In this document: in pieces, positions 9,968-18,745 of the stretch
How positions within the stretch are numbered: position 1 is the stretch's first letter
Layout: each line of letters begins with the position of its first letter
IMG/VR virus record: IMGVR_UViG_3300020446_001892
Location: 1-64,000 of that record
Reading direction: 5' to 3' (one strand)
Origin: a virus
DNA length: 64,000 bases
Program-made: the position numbers and the translations under genes
Notes under the pieces: generated by a model
What the model saw: the letters and a program-made list of their open reading frames with translations, nothing else
Databases searched by the model: none
Told to the model about the DNA's origin: nothing

Positions 9968-10684
9968 ATGGGTGCAAAAAAGAAAGCGATTAAATCGCAT
10001 TCAACTTATAGTAACGTTGTAAACATCAACACATTTCAAAAAAAACAAACAGTCAAAATACTTCCGAGGAATAAAAATCAAGAACAATATGTTATAAAGC
10101 TACAAGACGAAACTAAAGACATAGTCTTTGGTATCGGCCCTGCAGGTACGGGAAAAACTCTGTTAGCGGTTCAAGTAGCAGTCAAATTATTCAAAGAAGG
10201 CAAAATTGACAAAATAATAGTAACTAGGCCTGCTGTTAGTGTAGACGAAGATTTAGGATTTTTGCCAGGTACATTAGAAGATAAAATGGCACCGTGGACA
10301 AGACCTATTTTTGACGTTTTACGTGAATATTTTAATGCTAGAGAAATTGAAGGAATGATTCAAGAAGGCATAATTGAAATAGCACCATTAGCATACATGC
10401 GGGGTAGAACATTCAAGCATAGCTTTATACTTGCAGATGAAATGCAAAACGCAACACCAAATCAAATGAAAATGCTATTAACACGTTTAGGCGAAGGAAG
10501 TATGATGGCAGTTACAGGCGATTTAGCTCAAGCAGATAGGCTTCAAGATAACGGTTTGATAAACTTTACTAAACTGTTACAACAAAGCAATTCACAGCAT
10601 TTGGACATAGTCCGGTTTTTACAAGGAGACATCGAAAGGCACAAGGCAGTCAAAGAAGTCCTTCAAGTGTATGGAGATGAATAA
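9968..10684 (+). CDS. phoH: PhoH-like ATPase
   Basis: GPAGTGKT, LGFLPG, RGRTF, DEMQN, GDLAQ motifs. Confidence 0.95.
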   Translation: MGAKKKAIKSHSTYSNVVNINTFQKKQTVKILPRNKNQEQYVIKLQDETKDIVFGIGPAGTGKTLLAVQVAVKLFKEGKIDKIIVTRPAVSVDEDLGFLPGTLEDKMAPWTRPIFDVLREYFNAREIEGMIQEGIIEIAPLAYMRGRTFKHSFILADEMQNATPNQMKMLLTRLGEGSMMAVTGDLAQADRLQDNGLINFTKLLQQSNSQHLDIVRFLQGDIERHKAVKEVLQVYGDE

Positions 10685-10687
10685 AAT

Positions 10688-10712
10688 GGAGAGGGTGTAA
10701 AAACCCTCTTCA
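10688..10712. terminator. Hairpin between convergent phoH and methyltransferase genes (likely bidirectional terminator)
   Basis: AGAGGGT-GTAAAA-ACCCTCT stem-loop; T-rich tail on the minus strand. Confidence 0.6.
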
Positions 10713-11837
10713 CTTTCTAAATACATATACGCCTTCAAACTTTTCTCGGCCAGCAAGTTTATTGTTGCCTACGCCTGGGCGAGTATTCAACATCATTTTT
10801 ATAGTACCTACATGTCTGAAACCTATTCTTTCAGATAGTGTGATCCAATCATCGACGACTTTGTATTCTTTTTTTCCGTAGGTTTTGTAATCCGCAATGT
10901 TTGTAGCGAATATTCCATCTTGGTTAAGACTGTTATAAATGTTTTCAATAGTAGGCTCAGCATATCCACTAAACCATTCGTCAAGGGTGCGATAACGTAC
11001 CATACATTGTGTGTCTTCATCTGAATATTTCTCCAAGTTAAAATAAGGTGGTGAACTAAATGCTAAATCAATATCGGTAGGTTGATATTCTTCGCTAACA
11101 TTTTGTATTATAGTTCCTTTAACACCAACAGCTTCTTCAATACAATCGTTAAAATAATTTAAGTATTTTACTGTTTCAGTATTAGGGTCTATTCCAATGT
11201 AATTATATTTCATATTACTAGATCCTATGCCCAATAATCTGCCTCCATAACCTGAACTATAATCGTATACATTCCCCCACATGACAGGACAAAGTTCTTC
11301 TACTATTGCTCTTGCATTTTGTGGTTTGAAATTTTGTATATTTTCTCCTGTAACTAGTTCTAAAGCCCTGCGTAATGCAGTTGGAAATACAAGATTATTA
11401 CCTTCACGCATTTCAAAACAAATTTTTATTGCACGTTTAAGTTTTGTATCGTTATAGAATCGATCTTTTAGACTGTTTGATCCTCTACCTTTAGGTTCAG
11501 CTGTCATCATGTTAGGAAACAAAAATCTACTCAACGGTTGTCCTTTGTTATTTCCTAAATTAATTTTGCTATCTTTTACAGAATTATAGCTAGTGCTTTT
11601 AAAGTCCTTTATTGCGGTTAAAATGCCATCTTTTGTAAAATATATAATAGGTACTAGATTTATTGTTCTATATATGTCAAAGACACTATCTATAGTGCCT
11701 ATAGGGTCTTTTTCATAAGATTCTTTTGTAAATTGTTCTAATTGTGAATATACTGGTTCATACCCCGTAAATTCATTTTTATGAATATTATGAGGTTTAA
11801 TTTGCCAAAATTTGTATATGTCGTCAAGTACTGCCAT
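10710..11837 (-). CDS. DNA amino-methyltransferase (N4-C/N6-A)
   Basis: SAM motif YDYSSGYGG, GIDPN, catalytic SPPY. Confidence 0.85.
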   Translation of the reverse strand: MAVLDDIYKFWQIKPHNIHKNEFTGYEPVYSQLEQFTKESYEKDPIGTIDSVFDIYRTINLVPIIYFTKDGILTAIKDFKSTSYNSVKDSKINLGNNKGQPLSRFLFPNMMTAEPKGRGSNSLKDRFYNDTKLKRAIKICFEMREGNNLVFPTALRRALELVTGENIQNFKPQNARAIVEELCPVMWGNVYDYSSGYGGRLLGIGSSNMKYNYIGIDPNTETVKYLNYFNDCIEEAVGVKGTIIQNVSEEYQPTDIDLAFSSPPYFNLEKYSDEDTQCMVRYRTLDEWFSGYAEPTIENIYNSLNQDGIFATNIADYKTYGKKEYKVVDDWITLSERIGFRHVGTIKMMLNTRPGVGNNKLAGREKFEGVYVFRK

Positions 11838-12504
11838 TAATTTTATCTGTCAAAGGAAATATTTTTGTAATTACTTTTGCACATGCATGAGCAATATCCA
11901 TATGCTCTTTTTGCGTACCATGCCCTCCTCTAAGATCAATATAATGTATCCAACTCCTTAATGTACCATTCATATATAATGTAGTTTTTGTAAGTCCTTC
12001 TGGCAACACTTTACGGGCTTGTTCTTTTGCAATACCTTTTTTAATAGCCCAATCATATTCTTTTTTAGCAAGATGTGCAATACGCATTTGAGCCCATTCC
12101 CATTCTTGTTGTAATTTTTTATCTTCTACACTAATGCTATTTTGCCTATTTTTCTCGTCTTGTAAACGTGCTTCACTATAGATAAACATATCTCCTTGAT
12201 CTTCAGGCTTTGCATAACGTTGGCTGAACTCCTGAAACGCAAAACTTCTATGTCTTACTATTTGATGAGCAATGTCTCTAGTGGTTGTTATTTCCATACA
12301 TGCATTTACCATTTCCAGAGGAGACCAGTGTGCATGCTTTATCAAATATTTTACAAGTTTTTCACTTGTTTCTGTATTCATTTGGTTTGATGGATTACTT
12401 ACCCTTGCACAATACGCAACTAAATCTAATAAGTCAGTATTGCTCATACCTTCACTTCTAAATTCTTCTGTAGGTGTAGTGTAACTTACGAGTCGAACGG
12501 CCAT
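11824..12504 (-). CDS. thyX: FAD-dependent thymidylate synthase
   Basis: HWSPLE and RHRSFAFQEFSQRY ThyX signature. Confidence 0.95.
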   Translation of the reverse strand: MAVRLVSYTTPTEEFRSEGMSNTDLLDLVAYCARVSNPSNQMNTETSEKLVKYLIKHAHWSPLEMVNACMEITTTRDIAHQIVRHRSFAFQEFSQRYAKPEDQGDMFIYSEARLQDEKNRQNSISVEDKKLQQEWEWAQMRIAHLAKKEYDWAIKKGIAKEQARKVLPEGLTKTTLYMNGTLRSWIHYIDLRGGHGTQKEHMDIAHACAKVITKIFPLTDKINGST

Positions 12505-12671
12505 TCTTTTTTCCTTCCTTTTAAAATTCTTATTCTATCCTGTATAAAATTTATAGCAGTATGTACATGTCCTGTATCAGTTGGTCTTATTAATGTTTTA
12601 TAATATTCAACTTCTTCTTCTAAAACATCTATTCTTACTAAGTCGTTAATTAATTTTCTTTTGTTTTCCAT
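12486..12671 (-). CDS. Hypothetical protein
   Basis: 61-aa ORF coupled to its neighbours. Confidence 0.6.
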   Translation of the reverse strand: MENKRKLINDLVRIDVLEEEVEYYKTLIRPTDTGHVHTAINFIQDRIRILKGRKKEWPFDS

Positions 12672-13033
12672 TAGCCTGTCCTATGTATAATATGCATTCC
12701 GTATGGACTTTCTATAGGTTCATCTAGCAAATCTCCTACTTCGTGGATTAAACATGCATTATATAATTCTGGAGTTACGCCATCATTCAAATCAAACCAA
12801 CCTAAGTCCCCGTCTCTGTACCAACTGTTTTCACAAGCACTATGTTCTTTTACTGCTTTTTCCCAACTGATCCGTCCATTTTTAAGTTCTTTTATAATTT
12901 CCTTTGCTTCGAATACTGCAAAATATATACCTCTTGAATGAGTGCTATTTATAGCTGTATCAAAACTAAGTAGTATGTGACTGCATCTCACCTTCTTCAT
13001 GTGGTTGAGATTGAATGTCTTTTCCAATGCCAT
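12671..13033 (-). CDS. Parvulin-type peptidyl-prolyl isomerase
   Basis: CSHIL, EHSAC, GDLGWF, PIESPYGMHII rotamase motifs. Confidence 0.88.
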   Translation of the reverse strand: MALEKTFNLNHMKKVRCSHILLSFDTAINSTHSRGIYFAVFEAKEIIKELKNGRISWEKAVKEHSACENSWYRDGDLGWFDLNDGVTPELYNACLIHEVGDLLDEPIESPYGMHIIHRTG

Positions 13034-13655
13034 ATTGGTGATGTTCCTTTGATAAAATTATTGTATCTTGATACGTCCTACTATTGAACGCTAATTGATC
13101 TATCATTGTGTGATTTATATCTTTATAACTATGCACAGTAATGCCTATTGTAATTCTATCTTCATCAGTTTCTATCGGCGGAACCATATGAAATAGTTCG
13201 CAAGGAAACACATGAATATGTCCTTTTACATTTTCTTTTACAATAGCTTTTTCGTTAAAGGGCTTGTAAGTTATTCCTGGTTGAGTAGGGCCATCTATAA
13301 AAATATTTGCACTAAAACTTTTACCCATACTACCTTGATGATTATGCCACTTAATGCCTTGACCTTTTCTGTATATGTTTACCCAACTTTGGACAGCGAT
13401 CGGCCATTCTACATCTTTATTTGTTTGCCACATAAAATCTGCAAATCTATCTGCGAAATGAGGATGAGCCGCAAAAAAATTATATCTGAAATAATTATTA
13501 GTAGTTACAACATCTCCTAGAGCATGATTTTCTCTATGTTTATCGAAACCATTATCAATTAATTCTTTTTCTACTTCATAACAATATGGTTTGATACTAT
13601 CACATTCTTCTTCTGTAAAGAAAGGTAATTCTAAAACGTTATCTTTAAATGGCAT
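12966..13655 (-). CDS. Putative 2OG-Fe(II) oxygenase
   Basis: SWVNIY..WHNH, FP..LFHMV, RITIG pattern. Confidence 0.7.
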   Translation of the reverse strand: MPFKDNVLELPFFTEEECDSIKPYCYEVEKELIDNGFDKHRENHALGDVVTTNNYFRYNFFAAHPHFADRFADFMWQTNKDVEWPIAVQSWVNIYRKGQGIKWHNHQGSMGKSFSANIFIDGPTQPGITYKPFNEKAIVKENVKGHIHVFPCELFHMVPPIETDEDRITIGITVHSYKDINHTMIDQLAFNSRTYQDTIILSKEHHQYGIGKDIQSQPHEEGEMQSHTT

Positions 13656-14009
13656 TTAATCTCCTTTGCCAGGCTTTTCACTAAAGTGTTCTTCATATTT
13701 ATTAGGTACTCCGTTCCAGTCCTTTGCGTCTGAAGGAACATCTTCAGGACGAGCTTCTGTTATGTTAGGCCAAATTTCAGAATATTTTCTATTAATTTCC
13801 TCCCACTTTACTGCTTCTTCAGGAGCAAACATGCTTTCAGATAAAATTGCATCTGCTGGACATTCTGGTTCACATACCCCACAATCTATACACTCATCAG
13901 GATTAATGACAAGCATATTTTCACCTTCATAAAAACAATCTACTGGACATACTTCGACACAATCCATGTGCTTGCACTTAATGCAATTTTCGTTTACAAG
14001 ATAAGTCAT
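13656..14009 (-). CDS. fdxA: 7Fe ferredoxin (FdxA type)
   Basis: [18 protein letters not shown] and [12 protein letters not shown] with C-terminal extension. Confidence 0.93.
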   Translation of the reverse strand: MTYLVNENCIKCKHMDCVEVCPVDCFYEGENMLVINPDECIDCGVCEPECPADAILSESMFAPEEAVKWEEINRKYSEIWPNITEARPEDVPSDAKDWNGVPNKYEEHFSEKPGKGD

Positions 14010-14016
14010 ACTGTAT

Positions 14017-14931
14017 TTAGATTCTAGCTAGCCTAATCAATGTAGCTGCCAGATTAATTTCTGGATCGACTACGAGTGTATGATCAACTAGGCCTTGTTT
14101 AATTGTTAATACTGCGGTGTCTTGTTTTTCTTCATCACCAAATAGTTCAATATTGTCATATAACCAACGATAAATTTCTTCCATCTCTTCTGGTCGTACT
14201 GCGCCACAAAGCAATTTACGTGCATCGTTTATTTTGCCTGCTTTGAACAGCTCGACCATCTCTAGCTTCCAATCAGCTTCACCTGTATCACCTTCATTAG
14301 GTCTTAGCAAGCTATTATCCTGTACATTCATTTGTACAGTATTGATACACTTACGCAAATCAGGATAGGTTGCTTTTACATATGTATCTAAAATATCTAA
14401 GTCTGGCTTTACACCTTCTGTGATAAGTATCTCTGCAACTCTTGCAGTAAATTCTGTTTGATCAATCTTTGCAATATGGAAACCTTGACATCTTGAATGT
14501 AGTGCAGGAATAATTCTATTAGGATAGTTACATGTTAAAATAAATCTTGCAGTAGTATGATACTCTTCCATTACGCCACGCAATGCGGCTTGTGCGTTTG
14601 GACTTAGATAATCTGCCTCATCAAGCAGTACAACTTTGAAATCACCAAATGGAATCATTTGTACAAAGTTTACAATCTTATCTCTTACGTCATCTACTGA
14701 ATTAGTTCTACTTGCGTTTATTTCTAAAACGTCTAAACTGTTGATTTCTAATTCGTTGAATAATAGTTTTGCTAAAGTCGTCTTTCCAATGCCAGCATTT
14801 CCAGAGAATAATAAGTGCGGAATTGTTTTGTCTTTTATCCATTGCTTCACCTGTGTTCTTTGCCCGTCATCACGGAAAACGTATCCGTCAACAGTCTTAG
14901 GTCTATATTTTTCTACCCATAATTCTTTCAT
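14017..14931 (-). CDS. Sliding-clamp loader small subunit (RFC/T4 gp44-like)
   Basis: [24 protein letters not shown] motifs. Confidence 0.93.
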   Translation of the reverse strand: MKELWVEKYRPKTVDGYVFRDDGQRTQVKQWIKDKTIPHLLFSGNAGIGKTTLAKLLFNELEINSLDVLEINASRTNSVDDVRDKIVNFVQMIPFGDFKVVLLDEADYLSPNAQAALRGVMEEYHTTARFILTCNYPNRIIPALHSRCQGFHIAKIDQTEFTARVAEILITEGVKPDLDILDTYVKATYPDLRKCINTVQMNVQDNSLLRPNEGDTGEADWKLEMVELFKAGKINDARKLLCGAVRPEEMEEIYRWLYDNIELFGDEEKQDTAVLTIKQGLVDHTLVVDPEINLAATLIRLARI

Positions 14932-15467
14932 TCATTTACTCCAAAATACTTATATGATTTTTGAACGCATTTTGCTTGATAATAGCAATCTGCTAATGCA
15001 TTATGTAGCTCTTCTTGTATTTCTTTTCTGGGATCTTGGTCCATCATAGAAAATAAAGTTCTACTATCTCTAATTTGCCAATAATTCCACGGCACAGGTT
15101 TTCCTATATTCTTATATAAGTCTTGCAAAATAACAAAATCAAATGTAGGACCTTGGCACCAAACGTAGTCCAAACCATTGCACCACTTGTTCAATTGTTT
15201 TGTAAGACTATCCATTGCCACACGATTTTCTTCACCGAACGCTTCTTCTTGTATATCTTTAGGCTGTCTACTCCACCATGCTAAAGTATTGTCATCAATT
15301 GAGCGATTAAGTTGTTCACTTTGTTCTTCAACATCACATTTTAAGTAGAGAGGGGTATGTGGTTCATCATCAGTAAATGGATTAAATTTAATTGCGCCTA
15401 ATGTCATAATGACACTGTCAGGTTCTACACCCAGTGTTTCTAAATCAATCATGCCGTGTGTTGCCAA
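14928..15467 (-). CDS. DEDDh 3'-5' exonuclease (DexA/ExoVIII-like)
   Basis: IDLET, GPTFD, RDSRT, HNALAD; TTG start with AGGAG SD. Confidence 0.85.
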   Translation of the reverse strand: MATHGMIDLETLGVEPDSVIMTLGAIKFNPFTDDEPHTPLYLKCDVEEQSEQLNRSIDDNTLAWWSRQPKDIQEEAFGEENRVAMDSLTKQLNKWCNGLDYVWCQGPTFDFVILQDLYKNIGKPVPWNYWQIRDSRTLFSMMDQDPRKEIQEELHNALADCYYQAKCVQKSYKYFGVNE

Positions 15468-15473
15468 AAGAAA

Positions 15474-15525
15474 ACTCCTATCAATTTTTTATATATATTA
15501 TAGCTTAAAAATTGATAGGAGTCAA
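15474..15525 (-). promoter_or_regulatory. Sigma70-type promoter nested in a 16-bp perfect inverted repeat that includes the RBS
   Basis: TTGACT-17-TATAAT; arms at 15474-15489 and 15507-15522. Confidence 0.75.
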
Positions 15526-15532
15526 GTATTTT

Positions 15533-16204
15533 TTATTCTCTGTTGCCCAAAAGCATCAGTAACATCTGAAATAAGTTAATAAAATTAAGATATAAACTTA
15601 TCGCAAATTGTATACCAAAGCGTGGATCTCCGCCGTGGTTTAAATAAATTTGCTTTGCATTTTGTGTGTCCCATGCTGTCAATCCAGTAAAGATAAAAAC
15701 ACCTAAGACACTAATTGTAAACATTAATGCTGAACTTGCAATAAAAATATTTACAATCATTGCAATAATTATTCCAATCAATCCCATAAAAAGAAATTGT
15801 CCGAATCCTTGTAAGTTCTTTTTAGTTGTATATCCATAAAGACTTGCACTCAAAAAAGTACATGCAGATATAAAAAATACTTGAGCAATACTTCCGCCAG
15901 TATATACAGCAAAAATAGGTGCTAATCCAACTCCCATTACAGTAACAAAACTGTAATAGAAAGTTCTGAGTGTTGAATAACTCCAATTTCTTCCTGCAAA
16001 GCTATACCAAAGGATCATACCCAACGGAGCAAATGCAAAAAGTAACATTGCTCCAGCCATTTGATATAATAATCCACTAGAATATACAAACCATGCAACA
16101 GCACCACTTAGGGCTAATCCAGCCGCAGTATGATTATACATGTTAATCATAAATTGGCGTAAACCTAAATCATATTGTTCACGTGCTTCTGTTAAAGTAC
16201 TCAT
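15533..16204 (-). CDS. Bax inhibitor-1/YccA family membrane protein
   Basis: Seven hydrophobic segments, GLTAWDTQ, ISLYLNFINLF. Confidence 0.9.
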   Translation of the reverse strand: MSTLTEAREQYDLGLRQFMINMYNHTAAGLALSGAVAWFVYSSGLLYQMAGAMLLFAFAPLGMILWYSFAGRNWSYSTLRTFYYSFVTVMGVGLAPIFAVYTGGSIAQVFFISACTFLSASLYGYTTKKNLQGFGQFLFMGLIGIIIAMIVNIFIASSALMFTISVLGVFIFTGLTAWDTQNAKQIYLNHGGDPRFGIQFAISLYLNFINLFQMLLMLLGNRE

Positions 16205-16626
16205 TATAAATCTCCCTCTTTTCTATTTTCACTATAAAAAACATCAAATTCTCCATCTGGATATCTTGATTTTAATTTATTTACGTTTTCTGCAATCACT
16301 TCGTTAGGGTCCAAACCAAGAGAACGGCAACTAGTAATCCAATACCACATAATATCACCAAGTTCTCGTTTGCAATGAAATATAGTTTCATCGTCCATTG
16401 GTTTACCTTGGAAGATACACTTTTTAACAATTTCTGCAAATTCTCCTCCTTCGCTAGATAATCCTATAGCACCTGTCATTAAAGATGCCGCATTTACTTT
16501 CATTCCGCTTTCTGTAGTTTCTATATCAATCATGCGATTATACATCTGCATTGAGGATAGAGATTCACCACTTGTAACTTTTTTTACAAAGTCATTATAT
16601 GCATTTAAGTCTACTTGTTTTGTCAA
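16204..16626 (-). CDS. MazG-like nucleotide pyrophosphohydrolase
   Basis: EGGEFAE..KK, ELGDIMWY, NVNKLKSRYP. Confidence 0.88.
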   Translation of the reverse strand: MTKQVDLNAYNDFVKKVTSGESLSSMQMYNRMIDIETTESGMKVNAASLMTGAIGLSSEGGEFAEIVKKCIFQGKPMDDETIFHCKRELGDIMWYWITSCRSLGLDPNEVIAENVNKLKSRYPDGEFDVFYSENRKEGDL

Positions 16627-16635
16627 TTTTACCTC

Positions 16636-17043
16636 TTATACGTTTACAAATTTTGATGGATCAATCGTTGCATGTTCGCCATCGCTAAATTCAGCACCAA
16701 TACGTAATCCAGTTTCTGGTTGCTCATTGCTCCAAGCAAGTATACTTTCAGCTTCAACCATTCTTACTTCTAAATCTTCTTCTTCTTGTTCTAAAAGCAC
16801 ACTTCTAGTCCAACGTCCATGTTCTATAAGCACCCAGTGACCAATTTCATATGGATCATCATTTTTTGGACCTTTGTCATAAACTTTACCCCAGCGTGGA
16901 TAAATGCCTCTAGTTTGACCATCATCACTAGAGATAATTAATCCACCTGCTGTTCTCTGTTCACCAAAATCCATGTGTGTAACTAAAACACGATTACCTA
17001 TTGCAGTCAGACTGCCTTTGAACTTCTTATAATGTATACTCAT
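16636..17043 (-). CDS. groES: Co-chaperonin GroES-like protein
   Basis: IGNRVLV, RTAGGLII mobile loop, VEAESILA. Confidence 0.8.
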   Translation of the reverse strand: MSIHYKKFKGSLTAIGNRVLVTHMDFGEQRTAGGLIISSDDGQTRGIYPRWGKVYDKGPKNDDPYEIGHWVLIEHGRWTRSVLLEQEEEDLEVRMVEAESILAWSNEQPETGLRIGAEFSDGEHATIDPSKFVNV

Positions 17044-17345
17044 TATGATCCTCTTTGAACAAAATTACCATCTTCATCTTCTACCCAATCTTCAGTTAAA
17101 TCTTTTTCTGCTTGATTTACAGGTGTTTCTTCTTTGACACCAGGGTTAGAAGCATAATATTCTTTCATTATATCTTCACGTTTGCGAATTATTTTACCAC
17201 CTGGACCTAATTCATCTCCACGTGCATTTACTCGAGCATTACCTACCGCAGGAGTAAGCTCATTTTTTTGACGTAGCAAATCCATGTCAACAATTTTGCC
17301 GTTGGCACTTCTATGTAGCTTTCGTCCTGTTTGTTTCATTGGCAT
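17043..17345 (-). CDS. Hypothetical phage protein
   Basis: 100-aa ORF with GGAGG SD. Confidence 0.7.
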   Translation of the reverse strand: MPMKQTGRKLHRSANGKIVDMDLLRQKNELTPAVGNARVNARGDELGPGGKIIRKREDIMKEYYASNPGVKEETPVNQAEKDLTEDWVEDEDGNFVQRGS

Positions 17346-17374
17346 AATTATACCTCCTAGTTATATATTGTTAC

Positions 17375-17905
17375 TTATCTTAAGAACTCTCTCCAATCCA
17401 GGTCATATTGGATTGAATTTACTCTGTGTACACCTATTAAATACAGCACATAACTTGCAACACTAGATCCTCTGCCTACACCCCATACGATGTTATTACT
17501 ACGCATGAAATCAACTAGATAGATCATGTAACGCAATAAGTTGTGCATGTCACGCTCTTTAAATGCATCTAATTCTTCCCATATACGATCTTGTATATTT
17601 TGTGGACAGGGTACTTCTGCTTTTCCAAGAACATATTCATATACATTAATATCTTTATACTGATCAGGCATAAACCATTCTGATTGGCAAACACCATCAA
17701 AAGTTTTTTGGTCTACATCTAATGGAATATATTTCTTTAATTTTGCAAGGCCTTGTTCTTCCATTGCTGTATTAAACTTATCTATATCATCAGACTGATC
17801 GCACAATACCACATGGCATTTATCAGCATGACCTGAATAAATCATATCTACAAGGTCTTTATTAGAAAATCTAGGTATACCGAGTTCGTCTGTCTTCATA
17901 AGCAT
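17375..17905 (-). CDS. Stand-alone DNA polymerase III alpha (DnaE) fragment-like protein
   Basis: GVGRGSSVASYVLYLIGVHRVNSIQYDLDWREFL matches the DnaE GxGRGS..LLFERFL region; only 176 aa. Confidence 0.75.
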   Translation of the reverse strand: MLMKTDELGIPRFSNKDLVDMIYSGHADKCHVVLCDQSDDIDKFNTAMEEQGLAKLKKYIPLDVDQKTFDGVCQSEWFMPDQYKDINVYEYVLGKAEVPCPQNIQDRIWEELDAFKERDMHNLLRYMIYLVDFMRSNNIVWGVGRGSSVASYVLYLIGVHRVNSIQYDLDWREFLR

Positions 17906-17911
17906 TTAGTT

Positions 17912-17940
17912 ATATTAACTGATATTAATCAGATTGTCAA
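17912..17940 (-). promoter_or_regulatory. Sigma70-type promoter, probably giving a leaderless transcript
   Basis: TTGACA-17-TAATAT, ATG 6 nt downstream, no SD. Confidence 0.55.
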
Positions 17941-18157
17941 GAGAATTATTATCATCTTGACTGTTATTTTGTTGTTTTATTAGAGCTTTTGCTCGTCTAG
18001 CTTTTGCTTCTTCTTTATACATATCTATCACTGTAGAAAGTTGCTGTTGAAGCTGTAGGTTTTTAGTTTGGAAATATTTTCTAGATAGTTCAGTAACTTT
18101 ATTTTCTACTTCTGCATCTGTTAGCTGATCCATACTATCAACTAAAGGATTAAACAT
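17915..18157 (-). CDS. Hypothetical protein
   Basis: 80-aa helical ORF, TAATG-coupled. Confidence 0.65.
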   Translation of the reverse strand: MFNPLVDSMDQLTDAEVENKVTELSRKYFQTKNLQLQQQLSTVIDMYKEEAKARRAKALIKQQNNSQDDNNSLDNLINIS

Positions 18158-18714
18158 TAATCGTATACGCCATGATATTTTGCAAATACTGTGACGCCGT
18201 CATTTATAGTCCAAAAGTCAACAATAATTGGATCAGTTTGACTAGAAACAGTAAAAGTCACAGGCCAATCACTATCTGTTTTAAAAGACCCTCCGCCTGC
18301 GGCCGCCCAAGTAATATTCCTTGGATTACCATCACTTGTAATTTGCATTCTCATGCGTCCTAATTTAGAACTAGTAGGAAAATCTGCAAGAGTCAATGTA
18401 ACATCAGCACCTACTTGTATTGTTTGGTAATGGCCAAATTCCCAACTTATATTTTGTGATGCAGAAACATTTCCGTTTGCGTAAACAGTTTCTGTGTTTG
18501 CAAGCATTTCAGCTTCTCTGATTATACTACCGTTGAAATCGTTACTTGCATTTATCTTTGCTGTATTAGTTTGTAAAGCTGTGATTTCATCACGAGCCGC
18601 TTCTAATGCTGTTTTTGTAACCGTAAAGTTCGTTCTAAAGCCTTGGCTATCGTTATCTTGTCCGGCTACAGGGTAAGCTGCATCAAAACCTGTTGTTGTA
18701 ATTGTACTGGCCAT
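18157..18714 (-). CDS. Virion structural protein
   Basis: YPVAGQDNDSQGFRTNF coiled-coil N-terminus plus beta domain; late promoter and GGAG SD. Confidence 0.7.
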   Translation of the reverse strand: MASTITTTGFDAAYPVAGQDNDSQGFRTNFTVTKTALEAARDEITALQTNTAKINASNDFNGSIIREAEMLANTETVYANGNVSASQNISWEFGHYQTIQVGADVTLTLADFPTSSKLGRMRMQITSDGNPRNITWAAAGGGSFKTDSDWPVTFTVSSQTDPIIVDFWTINDGVTVFAKYHGVYD

Positions 18715-18745
18715 ATTTTATTCTCCTGCAATATATTTATCTTTG

